Shown here: one piece after another, positions 1 to 8,780 of the stretch | How positions within the stretch are numbered: position 1 is the stretch's first letter | Layout of the letters: every line of letters begins with the position of its first letter | Assembly (NCBI GenBank): GCA_001897305.1 | Contig: MKSO01000001.1 | Coordinates: 210,001 to 242,000 of the forward strand | Origin: Candidatus Saccharimonadota bacterium | GTDB lineage: Bacteria; Patescibacteriota; Saccharimonadia; Saccharimonadales; Saccharimonadaceae | Direction: 5' to 3' | Length of the DNA stretch: 32,000 nt | The notes under the pieces: model-generated | The model's database searches: none | The model's input: only the letters and a program-made list of their open reading frames with translations | What the model was told of the DNA's origin: nothing | Translations under genes and position numbers: made by a program

Positions 1-1131
1 CCGTTTCTTGACCTACCTGGAGTGGGCGTGGCATTTAAGTTGGTGCAAGCCTTGCAGAGCCGTTTGACGGGTTTAGAGCCCGGCCAAGAGAAGTGGTTGC
101 TTGACCTTGTGGCGCTGGGTACTGTCTGCGATGTCGTCACGCTGGTTGATGAAAATCGTACCCATGTATTTTGGGGCTTGAAAGTGTTGTCCAAGACGCG
201 CCGCGCTGGCCTTAAAGCCTTAATGGCGGTGGCAGGGGTGCGACAGCAGGCTGTTGATGCTCGCAGCCTTGGGTTTGCCCTGGGGCCGCGTATGAATGCC
301 GCCGGACGCCTAGAAACGGCGCAATACGCGCTGGATATGCTCACTGCCACCGACCCAATGGAGGCCTTGCAGTACGCTCGCCAACTTGATGAGATGAACC
401 AAGCCCGCCGTCGCGAGCAAGATGTTATTTTAAAGGAGGCGCTTATTCAGGCTGAGACATTCAAAGATGACCCAGTGTTAGTGGTTGCCTCCGAAGGGTG
501 GAATCACGGCATTGTAGGTATTGTAGCTGCTAAATTGCTTGAACGATACCAAAAACCGACCTTCGTATTAGCTATTCATGATGACGAGGCCAAAGGCTCG
601 GCTCGCAGTTACGGTGACTTTAGCGCGGCAGATGCAATTCGATCGGCCGATTCCATTATTACTAAGGGCGGCGGCCATAAGCTGGCGGCTGGCGTAACAG
701 TACCAGCTTCTCGTATTGATGATTTTCGAGCCCAAGTGAACGCTTTTTATAAACAGCAAAACCTTCGCGAGCAAGCGCAACTATTACTTCCTTCGGCAGA
801 TACTGATGCCCACTTAGAAGAAGTAACAGAAGAGTTGATTGCTGCTATAGCAACACTTGAGCCTTTTGGTAACGGTAATCCACAGCCAGTACTACGGACC
901 GAACCGCTTATGGTAAGGGGAGTTCGTCGTATGGGCGACAGTGGCCAGCATATAAAATTGACACTTCAGAGTGACACGGGCAACTCTATTGATGTCGTGG
1001 CATTTAATGCACCGGACTATTTCTTTGTTGAGCAAGGCGTAAGTATTAGGGTGTGGTATGCCCCTGAACTCAACGAATGGCAAGGACGTCGTAGGGTAGA
1101 GGGGCGCCTGCTGCACCTTGAGGTGGTTTGA
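1..1131 (+). CDS. recJ: Single-stranded-DNA-specific exonuclease RecJ, C-terminal ~376 aa (5' end lies outside the window)
   Basis: Frame 1 is open from nt 1 (PFLDLPGVGVAFKL...), so the GTG at 22 in the ORF track is not the real start. DHHA1-type motif GGGHKLAAG is present, with a RecJ-like C-terminal region. TGA stop at 1129-1131. Confidence 0.85.
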   Translation, partial: PFLDLPGVGVAFKLVQALQSRLTGLEPGQEKWLLDLVALGTVCDVVTLVDENRTHVFWGLKVLSKTRRAGLKALMAVAGVRQQAVDARSLGFALGPRMNAAGRLETAQYALDMLTATDPMEALQYARQLDEMNQARRREQDVILKEALIQAETFKDDPVLVVASEGWNHGIVGIVAAKLLERYQKPTFVLAIHDDEAKGSARSYGDFSAADAIRSADSIITKGGGHKLAAGVTVPASRIDDFRAQVNAFYKQQNLREQAQLLLPSADTDAHLEEVTEELIAAIATLEPFGNGNPQPVLRTEPLMVRGVRRMGDSGQHIKLTLQSDTGNSIDVVAFNAPDYFFVEQGVSIRVWYAPELNEWQGRRRVEGRLLHLEVV

Positions 1132-1158
1132 AAGCCTGCGCAACTTATGCTTAACTAG

Positions 1159-1992
1159 GTGGTAATGAAACAGTGGGCAACAGCAAAATCAACAGGCTTT
1201 ACTATCGTCGAACTTCTTATTGTGGTGGTAGTTATCGCTATCTTAGCGGCTATTACACTTATTTCGTATAACGGTATTAAGGACAGGGCCGTAGCAGTGC
1301 AGGTCGAGGCTGGTTTGTCGGAAGCGAATAAAAAAGTACAGCTATATGCAGCTGACCCTGCAAATAATGGCAACTACCCAGCGACATTGGCGGATGCCGG
1401 AGTAACCGACACGAAAAGCGTCACGTATCAATATACTGTTGATACAACAGTTACCCCGGCCTCGTACCTTATAACTGCTTCAAATGGTATTGCGGGCACA
1501 ACTACTTACTATATGGGGAGCGACGTTTCGAGCCCGGTTGTAGGCACGGCACCGGGCCATAACCTTATGCCGTGGAATAAACCAGATAGTGCTAGCGCAC
1601 CGGTTAAGTTGAGCAGTTCGGTGGTGGTTGATACTTCGGTATATCGTACTTCGACCTCCTCGGTTAGGATCGGAACGAATTCAAGTGGGAATCTTTTACG
1701 TTCATCACCGTTTTCGGGTAGTGCAGGGCAAACCTATACGGTCAGCCTTTGGATAAAAACAGATTCTAACTGGAATGGTACAGGAGATAACTCAAAGATT
1801 CGCTTTGGGAATAACGATGGTACGGGAGCACTTTTGCAAGCCTGTGGTTACAGTGGCGTAAAGACGAGTTGGACCCAAGTTACGTGCTCGTACACCCTGA
1901 CGAGTACCTCAACTTCAGTGTCGATTAGTGTGGGTAATAATGGTACAGTGGGTACTATTTGGCTTGATGACGTAAGTGTGTCGTTGAAGTAA
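1159..1992 (+). CDS. Type IV pilin-like protein fused to a C-terminal carbohydrate-binding-module-like (CBM4_9/jelly-roll-like) domain
   Basis: Class III signal: short basic leader, then G|FTIVELLIVVVVIAILAAI (prepilin peptidase site plus hydrophobic alpha1-N). The C-terminal ~125 aa (GQTYTVSLWIKT...WTQVTCSYTL...GTIWLDDVSVSL) matches the CBM4_9 pattern by eye. The start may be GTG 1159 or ATG 1165. Confidence 0.8.
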   Translation: MVMKQWATAKSTGFTIVELLIVVVVIAILAAITLISYNGIKDRAVAVQVEAGLSEANKKVQLYAADPANNGNYPATLADAGVTDTKSVTYQYTVDTTVTPASYLITASNGIAGTTTYYMGSDVSSPVVGTAPGHNLMPWNKPDSASAPVKLSSSVVVDTSVYRTSTSSVRIGTNSSGNLLRSSPFSGSAGQTYTVSLWIKTDSNWNGTGDNSKIRFGNNDGTGALLQACGYSGVKTSWTQVTCSYTLTSTSTSVSISVGNNGTVGTIWLDDVSVSLK

Positions 1993-2013
1993 GTTCTTCA
2001 TTGTATTTACCCC

Positions 2014-2042
2014 TTGCGAGAACTGCTTCTATCTGTTACAAT
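2014..2042 (+). promoter_or_regulatory. Sigma70-type promoter of rpsU (TTGCGA-17-TGtTACAAT)
   Basis: -35 TTGCGA at 2014-2019, 17-nt spacer, extended -10 TGt+TACAAT at 2034-2042. The ATG lies only 9 nt downstream. Confidence 0.55.
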
Positions 2043-2051
2043 GACGTAGAT

Positions 2052-2267
2052 ATGGTACAAGTAACACGTAAAGACGAACGCGAAGCGAACGAAAACATCA
2101 TTCGTCGCTTTAACCGTAAAGTGCTGCAAAGTGGTGTATTGGCAGAAGCCAAGGCATCGATGCGCTTTAGCAAGGACATTAGTAAGGTAGAGCGCCGTAA
2201 AAAAGCGATCATCCGTAAAGAACGTAAAGCCGACAAGCTTGCAAAAGCTCGTTTAGGCGTACGCTAA
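2052..2267 (+). CDS. rpsU: 30S ribosomal protein S21
   Basis: MVQVTRKDEREANENIIRRFNRKVLQSGVLAEAK...ERRKKAIIRKERK is typical S21. The ORF-track start at 2001 would run through the promoter, so ATG 2052 is preferred. Confidence 0.9.
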   Translation: MVQVTRKDEREANENIIRRFNRKVLQSGVLAEAKASMRFSKDISKVERRKKAIIRKERKADKLAKARLGVR

Positions 2268-2277
2268 GGTCTACGCG

Positions 2278-2727
2278 GTGGCGTTAAAGTCACAAATCGA
2301 TAACGATGTAAAAGCCGCTCTTTTGGGCGGCGATCGTTTTCGTGCCGATGTACTCCGCGGCTTAAAAGCGGTTATCTTGAACGAAGAGGTTGCTAAAGGC
2401 AAGCGCGACGAAGGCTTGGACGACGCGACTATCGAGCAACTTATTGCTCGGGAAGTAAAAAAGCGCCTTGATAGCGTTCAGCAATACACCGCTGCGGCTC
2501 GCCCTGAACTAGCCGAGACCGAGCAAGCTGAGGCAAAAATCCTTGAAGCCTACCTTCCCGAACAACTCTCGGAAGCTGATGTCCAAAAGCTCATTGATGA
2601 AACAATCGCCGAACTTGGCGTGAGCGGCCCACAAGCAATGGGTCAAGTTATTGGTGCCGTAAAGGCCAAGGTGGGTAATAGCGCGGACGGCGCAACGATT
2701 GCACGGCTTGTAAAAGAGGCCTTGTAG
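2278..2727 (+). CDS. GatB/YqeY domain-containing protein
   Basis: LKSQIDNDVKAALLGGDRFRADVLRGLKAVILNEEV... and C-terminal GNSADGATIARLVKEAL match the YqeY family. GTG start with AAGGT 7-8 nt upstream. Confidence 0.85.
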   Translation: MALKSQIDNDVKAALLGGDRFRADVLRGLKAVILNEEVAKGKRDEGLDDATIEQLIAREVKKRLDSVQQYTAAARPELAETEQAEAKILEAYLPEQLSEADVQKLIDETIAELGVSGPQAMGQVIGAVKAKVGNSADGATIARLVKEAL

Positions 2728-2743
2728 CCTTTATCATTAAAGT

Positions 2744-3289
2744 ATGATTGTATTTTTTGGTCCTGCCGGCGCAGGAAAGAGTATCCAGGGACAACTTCTA
2801 GCTGCCAGGCAAAACTGGCGTTGGTTAAGTGCAGGGCAAATTTTGCGCGATGCGCACGACGCTGAAATTAATTCTTATATGCAGCGTGGTGAGCTGATTC
2901 CGTCAGGGCTCAGCAACCGTATTATGGGTGAATCTATCAAAAAAGCCGGTGATATTGACCGCATTATTTTAGACGGCTTCCCGCGTCAAATCGAGCAAGC
3001 TCAATGGCTGATCGCTAGCCAGCCCGAGCACGGACGAGCCATCGATTTAGTTGTTGTTCTTGAGGTGCCTCGCGAAGAACTATTAAAGCGTTTATCAATT
3101 CGAGGCCGCGCCGATGATACTGCTGAAGCGATTGAGCATCGTCTACATGATTATCGTCAAGTTATGTACCCAATACTCGGGTATTTCACCGAGCAACACA
3201 TTCCGGTTGTTCACATTGATGGTGTAGGCAATGTCGGTGAAATTCATGACCGTATCTATGCCGAGTTAAAGAGCAGGGAACTGGTGTAA
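2744..3289 (+). CDS. adk: Adenylate kinase (short-LID type)
   Basis: P-loop GPAGAGKSIQ, ILDGFPR NMP-binding motif and short LID RGRADD. Sits in the classical adk-map pair. Confidence 0.85.
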   Translation: MIVFFGPAGAGKSIQGQLLAARQNWRWLSAGQILRDAHDAEINSYMQRGELIPSGLSNRIMGESIKKAGDIDRIILDGFPRQIEQAQWLIASQPEHGRAIDLVVVLEVPREELLKRLSIRGRADDTAEAIEHRLHDYRQVMYPILGYFTEQHIPVVHIDGVGNVGEIHDRIYAELKSRELV

Positions 3290-4041
3290 TGCAAAAGCAA
3301 AAGACTGCTGCTGAAATTGAAGCCATGCGCGAAGGTGGCAAAATATTAGCGCAGATTTTTGAGGGTCTCAAAAAGCAAGTGAAGGCCGGTGTGACTGAAA
3401 AAGAGCTCGACGTTTGGGTTGACGCCGAAATTAAAGCCCGAGGCGCCATCGCTACGTATAAAACAGATGAAGTAAAGTTCCCGGCGGCAATTTGTATTTC
3501 TACAAACGAACAAATTGTTCACAGTATCCCTAGTGACTATGTATTGCAAGACGGCGATGTCGTTAGCTTCGACCTTGTTATTACCTACAAAAATATGAAA
3601 ACCGACAGCGCTTTTACGATGGTGGTGGGCGGTAAACCAAATGGCGTACAAAAACACCTTATTCAGGCGACCGAACGCAGTTTGTATGCTGGTATAGATG
3701 CCATTAAGGGGCCGGTGCGTGTTGGTGATATTGGTGCCGCAATCGAAAAAGTACTTTCAGATGCCAAGCTAGGTATCATTCGTGAATTAGTAGGGCATGG
3801 GGTAGGGCATGAAATGCATGAATCCCCCGAAATCCCCAACTATGGCCGAAAGGGCACTGGGCCACTACTTGCTCCTGGTGATACTATTGCTATTGAACCG
3901 ATGGCCACACTGGGTGGCGAAAAAATTAGTGTCGAAGATGATGGCTGGACAATTAGTACCTGGGATGGAAGTATTGCAGCGCATTTTGAACACACGGTAC
4001 TTATTACCGAAGACGGCGCAGAAATCCTGACGCAATTATAA
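3289..4041 (+). CDS. map: Type I methionine aminopeptidase
   Basis: Metal-ligand motifs FDLVITY...D, VGHGVGHEMHESPEIPNYG, IAIEPM and AAHFEHTVLIT. Its ATG overlaps the adk stop (TAATG). Confidence 0.95.
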   Translation: MQKQKTAAEIEAMREGGKILAQIFEGLKKQVKAGVTEKELDVWVDAEIKARGAIATYKTDEVKFPAAICISTNEQIVHSIPSDYVLQDGDVVSFDLVITYKNMKTDSAFTMVVGGKPNGVQKHLIQATERSLYAGIDAIKGPVRVGDIGAAIEKVLSDAKLGIIRELVGHGVGHEMHESPEIPNYGRKGTGPLLAPGDTIAIEPMATLGGEKISVEDDGWTISTWDGSIAAHFEHTVLITEDGAEILTQL

Positions 4042-4064
4042 CTTTGTAAGCAAAGGAGCAGATC

Positions 4065-4811
4065 ATGTCTCAAACTACAACACCTAAGCCACGAAGAAAC
4101 AAGCGACGCCTTCTCTTTACACTAGCTGGTTTGGCGATTTTATTGCTGCTAGTCGCTGTGGTTGTAAATAATGTCGGCCCTTATGTGAATGTTATTTTTA
4201 AGAGTGCTCAGGTTAACCAGAACTACGATGAACGCGTAGCGGCCATGACAGACGCAAAAAAGGATTTTTCAAAAGGCGAGACATTAGTGGCGGGGCCAGT
4301 CAGCCTGGCTGTAACATCAGTAAGCACCAACTATCAGCTCGATGAAAAGACTGCTACCTATGTGCAGTCTCTCCAAGACCGTGCTGCCAAGAATCGTAAA
4401 AGTGACTTTGACAATGAGCGTTACGCATGGAATGAGCCAAACCCCCAGTATGTCCTTATTCAGTCACATCTTGTATACGATGCCAATGGCTATAAAGAGA
4501 CGAAATATCCCTCTTTTGACGGATTCCCACTTGATAGTGTTCTATCGACACATATAGGCCAGTACGACCCGGTGGCTACGTGGGTTAATGAAACGACCGT
4601 CTTCCAAGGCTCTAATGGCGATGGCTATGACCTAGAGAAAGCATTGAATGGGAAAAACGAAGGTACAATAACGTATCTATTTAGGGTTGCCCCCGAAACA
4701 CCAATCAAGAAGCTTGAGTTACAAGCGACCATTTTTAGTAAGGTATCGAATATTGTTGGTACCGAAGGTATGCCTCGGCGCGGTATTCAATATTCTATTG
4801 GACTTGAATAA
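4065..4811 (+). CDS. Hypothetical membrane-anchored extracytoplasmic protein
   Basis: Basic N-terminus (PKPRRNKRR) followed by one TM helix (LLFTLAGLAILLLLVAVVV). AAAGGAG lies 6 nt upstream of the ATG. I recognise no family. Confidence 0.6.
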   Translation: MSQTTTPKPRRNKRRLLFTLAGLAILLLLVAVVVNNVGPYVNVIFKSAQVNQNYDERVAAMTDAKKDFSKGETLVAGPVSLAVTSVSTNYQLDEKTATYVQSLQDRAAKNRKSDFDNERYAWNEPNPQYVLIQSHLVYDANGYKETKYPSFDGFPLDSVLSTHIGQYDPVATWVNETTVFQGSNGDGYDLEKALNGKNEGTITYLFRVAPETPIKKLELQATIFSKVSNIVGTEGMPRRGIQYSIGLE

Positions 4812-4826
4812 ATAATTTCTTAGGAC

Positions 4827-4856
4827 TTGCCTAAGCTCTACCACAAGCGCTATACT
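4827..4856 (+). promoter_or_regulatory. Promoter of ftsA (TTGCCT-18-TATACT)
   Basis: -35 TTGCCT at 4827-4832 and -10 TATACT at 4851-4856. ATG 4863 is 6 nt downstream, which implies a leaderless mRNA. Confidence 0.5.
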
Positions 4857-4862
4857 AACCCT

Positions 4863-6101
4863 ATGCAAGAGTCCTCTTCTTATGCCGTCGGTCTCGATAT
4901 TGGAACTACGAAAGTACGCGCCGTTGTAGCGCATCTAGATAGTACTACGGGCGTCCCTACTATTGTTGGTATTGGGCAAGCTCCGACGACTGGTATGCGT
5001 AAAGGTGTGGTCGTAAACTTACAGGGTCCGGGCCAGGCGATCGACACGGCTTTAGGTGAAGCTGAGCGTATGAGCGGTTACCAAGTGCACGGTGCAACCG
5101 TGAGTGTTAATGGTGCGCATATTCTTACTACCCATGCAGACGGCATGGTAGCGGCGGGTGCGTCTGACCACGAAATTACTCGTGACGACCTTGATCGCAT
5201 TAAGGAAGTAGCCACGCTTGGAAAAATTCCTGCTAACCGCGACATTCTTGATGTTGTAGCGCATGCTTATAAGCTTGATGGCCAAGATAATATTAAAGAT
5301 CCGCTTGGCATGACTGGTACGCGCCTAGAAATTGACGCCCATGTCGTGTCAGCACTCACACCGTATTTGGTAAATGTGGAAAAAGCTGCCGAATCGGCTC
5401 AAGTAGAACCTCATGGTGTAGTGCCAACAGCCATGGCGGCGGCTCGTGCTGTTCTTAATGAACAACAAATTGAAAATGGTGTCGCTTTAATTGATTTTGG
5501 TGGCGCAACTACGAGCGTAGCTGTATACGAAGAGGGCGACCTACAGTATGTTGGCGTGGTACCTATTGGTGGTAACAACATTACCAACGACCTCGCTATT
5601 GGTCTAAAAACCGACCCTGAAATTGCTGAAGAGGTGAAAGTAAAGCATGCCTGTGCCTTAAGCCACAGTGAAGCTAGCGGTGTGAGTGTAAAACGCGAGG
5701 GTGAAATTTACACCTTCCAAACCGAAGAAATTAATGAAATTGTCGAAGCTCGCCTTGAAGAAATCTTTGAAGGTATTCATTTTCATCTGAAAAAAGCTGG
5801 CCGAGCTGGTAAATTACCGAGCGGTGTCGTACTTGTGGGTGGTGGTGCCAAACTAAAGTATATGGCTGAATACGCTAAGGAAACCTTAGGCCTAGCAGCT
5901 CGTCTGGGCCAACCGGCTGGGTTTGGCGGCGTAGCGGATGACATTGATAAATCTGAGTTTGCAACTGCAATTGGCTTAATGCTGCTTGACGGCGAAACAG
6001 TTCACCATGATAAGCCGCGTAGTGGTCACAAGATCAAGACCCCAAGTGCTAAAGACCTTAAAGGCGGCGTTTCAAAGATTTTTGGTTGGTTTAAACCGTA
6101 A
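4863..6101 (+). CDS. ftsA: Cell division protein FtsA
   Basis: Actin-fold motifs VGLDIGTTKVRAVV, ALIDFGGATTSVAVY and VVLVGGGAKL, located directly upstream of ftsZ. The TTG at 4827 in the ORF track coincides with the -35 box, so ATG 4863 is preferred. Confidence 0.85.
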   Translation: MQESSSYAVGLDIGTTKVRAVVAHLDSTTGVPTIVGIGQAPTTGMRKGVVVNLQGPGQAIDTALGEAERMSGYQVHGATVSVNGAHILTTHADGMVAAGASDHEITRDDLDRIKEVATLGKIPANRDILDVVAHAYKLDGQDNIKDPLGMTGTRLEIDAHVVSALTPYLVNVEKAAESAQVEPHGVVPTAMAAARAVLNEQQIENGVALIDFGGATTSVAVYEEGDLQYVGVVPIGGNNITNDLAIGLKTDPEIAEEVKVKHACALSHSEASGVSVKREGEIYTFQTEEINEIVEARLEEIFEGIHFHLKKAGRAGKLPSGVVLVGGGAKLKYMAEYAKETLGLAARLGQPAGFGGVADDIDKSEFATAIGLMLLDGETVHHDKPRSGHKIKTPSAKDLKGGVSKIFGWFKP

Positions 6102-6139
6102 TACGATACTTATAAAAAATTTGTTCGAACACATACCTA

Positions 6140-6166
6140 TTGCCTCCTGACGGCTCGTGGTATACT
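6140..6166 (+). promoter_or_regulatory. Promoter of ftsZ (TTGCCT-15-TGgTATACT)
   Basis: Extended -10 TGgTATACT at 6158-6166 and a TTGCCT box at 6140-6145 (short spacer). AGGGGAG Shine-Dalgarno at 6190-6196. Confidence 0.45.
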
Positions 6167-6205
6167 AGATAGTAACAGATAAGCATATCAGGGGAGTAGA
6201 CAGGC

Positions 6206-7414
6206 ATGCCTGAAGTAAAACCGAGTGACATTCAGACCTTTGCGAGTATTAAAGTTGTTGGTGTTGGTGGCGCGGGTGGTTCAGCGGTAAACCGCATGAA
6301 AGAAGCCGGCCTTGCTGGTGTTCAATTTATTGCCATGAACACCGACGCGCAGGCACTACATAATAGCAAAGCTGATGTAAAGATTCATTTAGGACACAGT
6401 ACAACGAACGGCCTCGGTGCTGGTGCCGACCCTACGAAGGGTGAGGCGGCTGCCAATGAGTCACGTGAGGACATTCGTGCAGCCATTGAGGGTGCTGACA
6501 TGATCTTTGTAACTATTGGTGCTGGTGGTGGTACTGGTTCAGGTGCTGGGTACGTTGTGGCTGAGGTTGCCCGCGAGCTTGGCATCTTGGTAGTTGGCGT
6601 GGCAACTCGTCCGTTTAGTTTTGAAGGTGAAAAACGCCGTCAAAACGCCGAATGGGCCATTACGAACCTTCGCCGTCACGTTGATACGCTTATTACTATT
6701 CCAAACGACCGTCTTTTGCAAACGATCGACCGCCGTACGCCACTACTTGAAACCTTCAAGATTGCCGACGATGTTCTGCGTCAAGGTGTACAAGGTATCT
6801 CCGAGCTTATTACCGAGCACGGGCTCATTAACCTCGACTTCGCTGACGTGAAGGCTATTATGAGCAACGCCGGCTCGGCCCTTATGGGTATTGGCCGCGC
6901 CAGTGGCGACAACCGCGCCGCTCTAGCAGCTCAACAAGCAATTGAGTCACCACTCATTGAGGTATCAATTGACGGGGCTCGTGGCGTGCTATTCAACGTT
7001 ACGGGTGGCTATGACATGAGCATGTCAGAGATCCAAGAAGCTGCCGAAATTATTACCAGCGCAGTATCACCAGATGCAAACATTATCTTTGGTGCTACTT
7101 TGAAGCCTGAAATCGAAGACGAGTTAATTATTACAGTTATTGCAACCGGCTTCGACTCTGTCTACTTCCAGGAAGATGCGCCCGTAACCGAGCAAGCCGA
7201 CCCTGAGATTGCTGAAAAAATGAATGCCGCCATCGATGAAACTTCGGTGAACGACATTGATATGAACCTTGACCACACCGAAGCGGCTGCTATTTTCAAC
7301 GAAGAATCAACCGAAAACATGTGGAATCAAGCCCCTGAAGCCGAGGACGAATCAGATACGCCAGCCTTCTTGCGTCGCCGTAAAAAGAATAAGAAGAATA
7401 GGGACGAGGAGTAA
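6206..7414 (+). CDS. ftsZ: Cell division GTPase FtsZ
   Basis: Tubulin signature GGGTGSGA, GVGGAGGSAVNRM and NTDAQAL. Acidic linker and conserved C-terminal peptide DTPAFLRRR. Confidence 0.97.
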   Translation: MPEVKPSDIQTFASIKVVGVGGAGGSAVNRMKEAGLAGVQFIAMNTDAQALHNSKADVKIHLGHSTTNGLGAGADPTKGEAAANESREDIRAAIEGADMIFVTIGAGGGTGSGAGYVVAEVARELGILVVGVATRPFSFEGEKRRQNAEWAITNLRRHVDTLITIPNDRLLQTIDRRTPLLETFKIADDVLRQGVQGISELITEHGLINLDFADVKAIMSNAGSALMGIGRASGDNRAALAAQQAIESPLIEVSIDGARGVLFNVTGGYDMSMSEIQEAAEIITSAVSPDANIIFGATLKPEIEDELIITVIATGFDSVYFQEDAPVTEQADPEIAEKMNAAIDETSVNDIDMNLDHTEAAAIFNEESTENMWNQAPEAEDESDTPAFLRRRKKNKKNRDEE

Positions 7415-7420
7415 TCGTTC

Positions 7421-7885
7421 ATGGCCAAGATTGTCATTGGCGACAGCCGGGTTATCGAATCACGCGAAGTAAGCGACGGTGTTACTATTCGTCGTCGCCG
7501 CGAAGCGCCAGACGGCACACGTTTTACTACCTATGAACGCATCGAAAAGCCAAACCTGGCAATTATAAAAAAGAACGGTGCGCGCGAACTCTATGACCGT
7601 GACAAGTTAGCAACTGCTATTAAGCGCTCAGTTGGTAAATTCTTTACCTCAGAAGTAGAAGTTGAAGAAATGATCGACGTCATTGAAGATGGCCTCTACG
7701 ACCTTGGTGAAAATGAGATCACTAGCAAACAAATAGGCGATAAAGTACTCGATGAACTTGCGGAGCGCAATGAAGTAGCCTACGTGCGTTTTGCGAGTGT
7801 CTATCAAGAGTTTAAGACGCTGGACGACTTTGTGAAAATTCTTGAAGAACGCCGCCAGCAAAAACAGGCCAAACAAGGGAATTAA
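7421..7885 (+). CDS. nrdR: NrdR-family transcriptional repressor (ATP-cone) lacking the zinc-ribbon cysteines
   Basis: VIESREVSDGVTIRRRREAPDGTRFTTYERIE aligns to the NrdR N-terminus. ATP-cone region: ELYDRDKLATAIKRSV...VAYVRFASVYQEF. No Cys at any of the four Zn-ligand positions. Confidence 0.85.
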   Translation: MAKIVIGDSRVIESREVSDGVTIRRRREAPDGTRFTTYERIEKPNLAIIKKNGARELYDRDKLATAIKRSVGKFFTSEVEVEEMIDVIEDGLYDLGENEITSKQIGDKVLDELAERNEVAYVRFASVYQEFKTLDDFVKILEERRQQKQAKQGN

Positions 7886-7891
7886 ACATAT

Positions 7892-8149
7892 ATGCGCGTG
7901 GTGGTCTTATATAAAGAGGCGACAGATTACGCCCGGCAAGTCGAAGATTATTTAGTCGATTTTAAGCGCCAAACCGGTCATGACTTAGAAACTATGAACC
8001 CGGAAAGCCCAAACGGTATTAGCTTCTGTGAAGCCTACGACATCTTGGAATTTCCAACCTTGGTTGCTTTATCAGATGACGGGCATGTACAAAATCAGTG
8101 GCGAGGTGTGCCACTCCCAACAATTAGTGAGGTAAGTTATTATGTCTAA
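7892..8149 (+). CDS. Small thioredoxin-fold-like protein without a CxxC motif (hypothetical)
   Basis: 85 aa. YDILEFPTLVALSDDGHV resembles the cis-Pro/beta3-beta4 region of Trx-fold proteins. Single Cys. Overlaps the VKOR gene by 8 nt. Confidence 0.5.
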   Translation: MRVVVLYKEATDYARQVEDYLVDFKRQTGHDLETMNPESPNGISFCEAYDILEFPTLVALSDDGHVQNQWRGVPLPTISEVSYYV

Positions 8150-8780
8150 AGTTGCGCAATTAGTGGCGTATTTCCGACACGACGATAAAAAAATACGGGA
8201 TAATCGTTGGATTTTTGCCAGCATGTTGGTTGGTGCTTTGTTGAGCCTTCTTGCAGCCTTCGTGCTGTCCGTCGAAGCTATTCAACTGGCCAAAAACCCA
8301 AACGCCAGTTTAAGTTGTAGTGTTAACGTTGTACTAAACTGTGCCACGGTTGCAAAGCACCCCACATCTGAGTTATTTGGTTTCCCCAATAGCTTTCTTG
8401 GTATGATTGCCGAACCAGTTGTGATTACCGTAGCAATTGCTGGCTTGGCTGGTATCGCTTTTCCGCGTCGCTTTATGTTTGCTGCTCAAATAGGGTACAC
8501 GCTCGGGCTAATCTTTGCGATATATCTATTCTTTACGAGCATGTTTGTCATTGGGGCGCTGTGTCCATGGTGTTTGTTGGTGACGGCTTCGACAATCTTT
8601 GTGTGGTTTTCGATTACTCGCTACAATATACGCGAAAATAATTTGTATTTGCCCAAGAAAATCCAAAAAGCTGCCCACACTTTTATTGAAAAAGATTATG
8701 ACAAAGTAGTACTTGGTTCGCTTATCGTTGCTATCGTTGCAGGTATTCTACTGAAGTACGGTGACGGCCTCCTTGGCTAG
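8142..8780 (+). CDS. Vitamin K epoxide reductase (VKOR) family membrane protein
   Basis: Loop cysteine pair SCSVNVVLNC, active-site CPWC inside a TM helix, and 4-5 predicted TM helices. Confidence 0.8.
   Translation: MSKVAQLVAYFRHDDKKIRDNRWIFASMLVGALLSLLAAFVLSVEAIQLAKNPNASLSCSVNVVLNCATVAKHPTSELFGFPNSFLGMIAEPVVITVAIAGLAGIAFPRRFMFAAQIGYTLGLIFAIYLFFTSMFVIGALCPWCLLVTASTIFVWFSITRYNIRENNLYLPKKIQKAAHTFIEKDYDKVVLGSLIVAIVAGILLKYGDGLLG

Noticed and set aside
2001-2051. 5' extensions of ORF-track calls for rpsU (2001), ftsA (4827), LCP (22251), DUF3817 (26895), rpmE (28024) and the EEP gene (19797)
   Set aside because: Each extension begins at a non-ATG codon or runs through that gene's own predicted promoter, and for the EEP gene through the parA start. 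The conserved protein N-termini begin at the internal ATGs.
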